DNA of 63,648 nt, filler included, from Octopus bimaculoides (lineage: Eukaryota), in the NCBI RefSeq assembly GCF_001194135.2. It is 7 parts of 7 records of this genome, joined end to end, with 100 filler letters (N's around TTAATTAATTAA, not from the genome) between each part and the next. Parts side by side here need not be neighbours in the genome. Positions count along the whole stretch, not along the records: positions 62,483 to 63,648 come from NW_026354999.1; 6 more parts are not named here. The stretch is one strand, 5' to 3'. Shown piece by piece: positions 63,507 to 63,648 of the stretch (the stretch's first letter is position 1; each line of letters starts with the position of its first letter). The position numbers and the translations under genes were made by a program. The notes below the pieces were generated by a model that worked only from the letters and a program-made list of their open reading frames with translations, did no database searches and was not told the origin of the DNA.

Positions 63507-63648
63507 ATACATACACAAACACAAAAATGTGTATATGTTCATAAACACAGATATAGGTACACATGTAAATATGTACATACACATATATACACACACTAAT
63601 ATATAAAATTTATTAATGAGGGTAGAAATTGATATTAATCATTTAAAA

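Overview
AT-rich, microsatellite- and gap-rich eukaryotic DNA. The SINE families and repeat landscape look like an octopus (coleoid cephalopod) draft assembly; this is my inference. One host gene can be fully reconstructed: SSR4/TRAP-delta (+ strand, 6 coding exons, 8215-20681, 178 aa). Two tandem paralogous large exons (24252-25069 and 34732-35549, ~70% aa identity by hand count) encode aerolysin-like ETX/MTX2-type beta-pore-forming proteins; their first exon was not found. The rest is mostly mobile DNA: RTE, CR1/L2-like, HERO-like and Tx1/L1 LINEs, Penelope-like remnants, mariner, piggyBac, Tigger, a Helitron, MITEs, several tRNA-derived SINE families and a U6 pseudogene. The best leads are: (1) a ~320-nt foldback capped by a hammerhead ribozyme (61805-62126) and further minimal hammerheads; (2) the apparently diversifying toxin pair; (3) an LTR-like end followed by three tRNA-Trp primer-binding-site repeats; (4) a U6-SINE chimeric retrocopy. 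N-runs containing TTAATTAATTAA look like artificial joins, so linkage across them is uncertain. Repeat boundaries are approximate and all alignments were done by eye.
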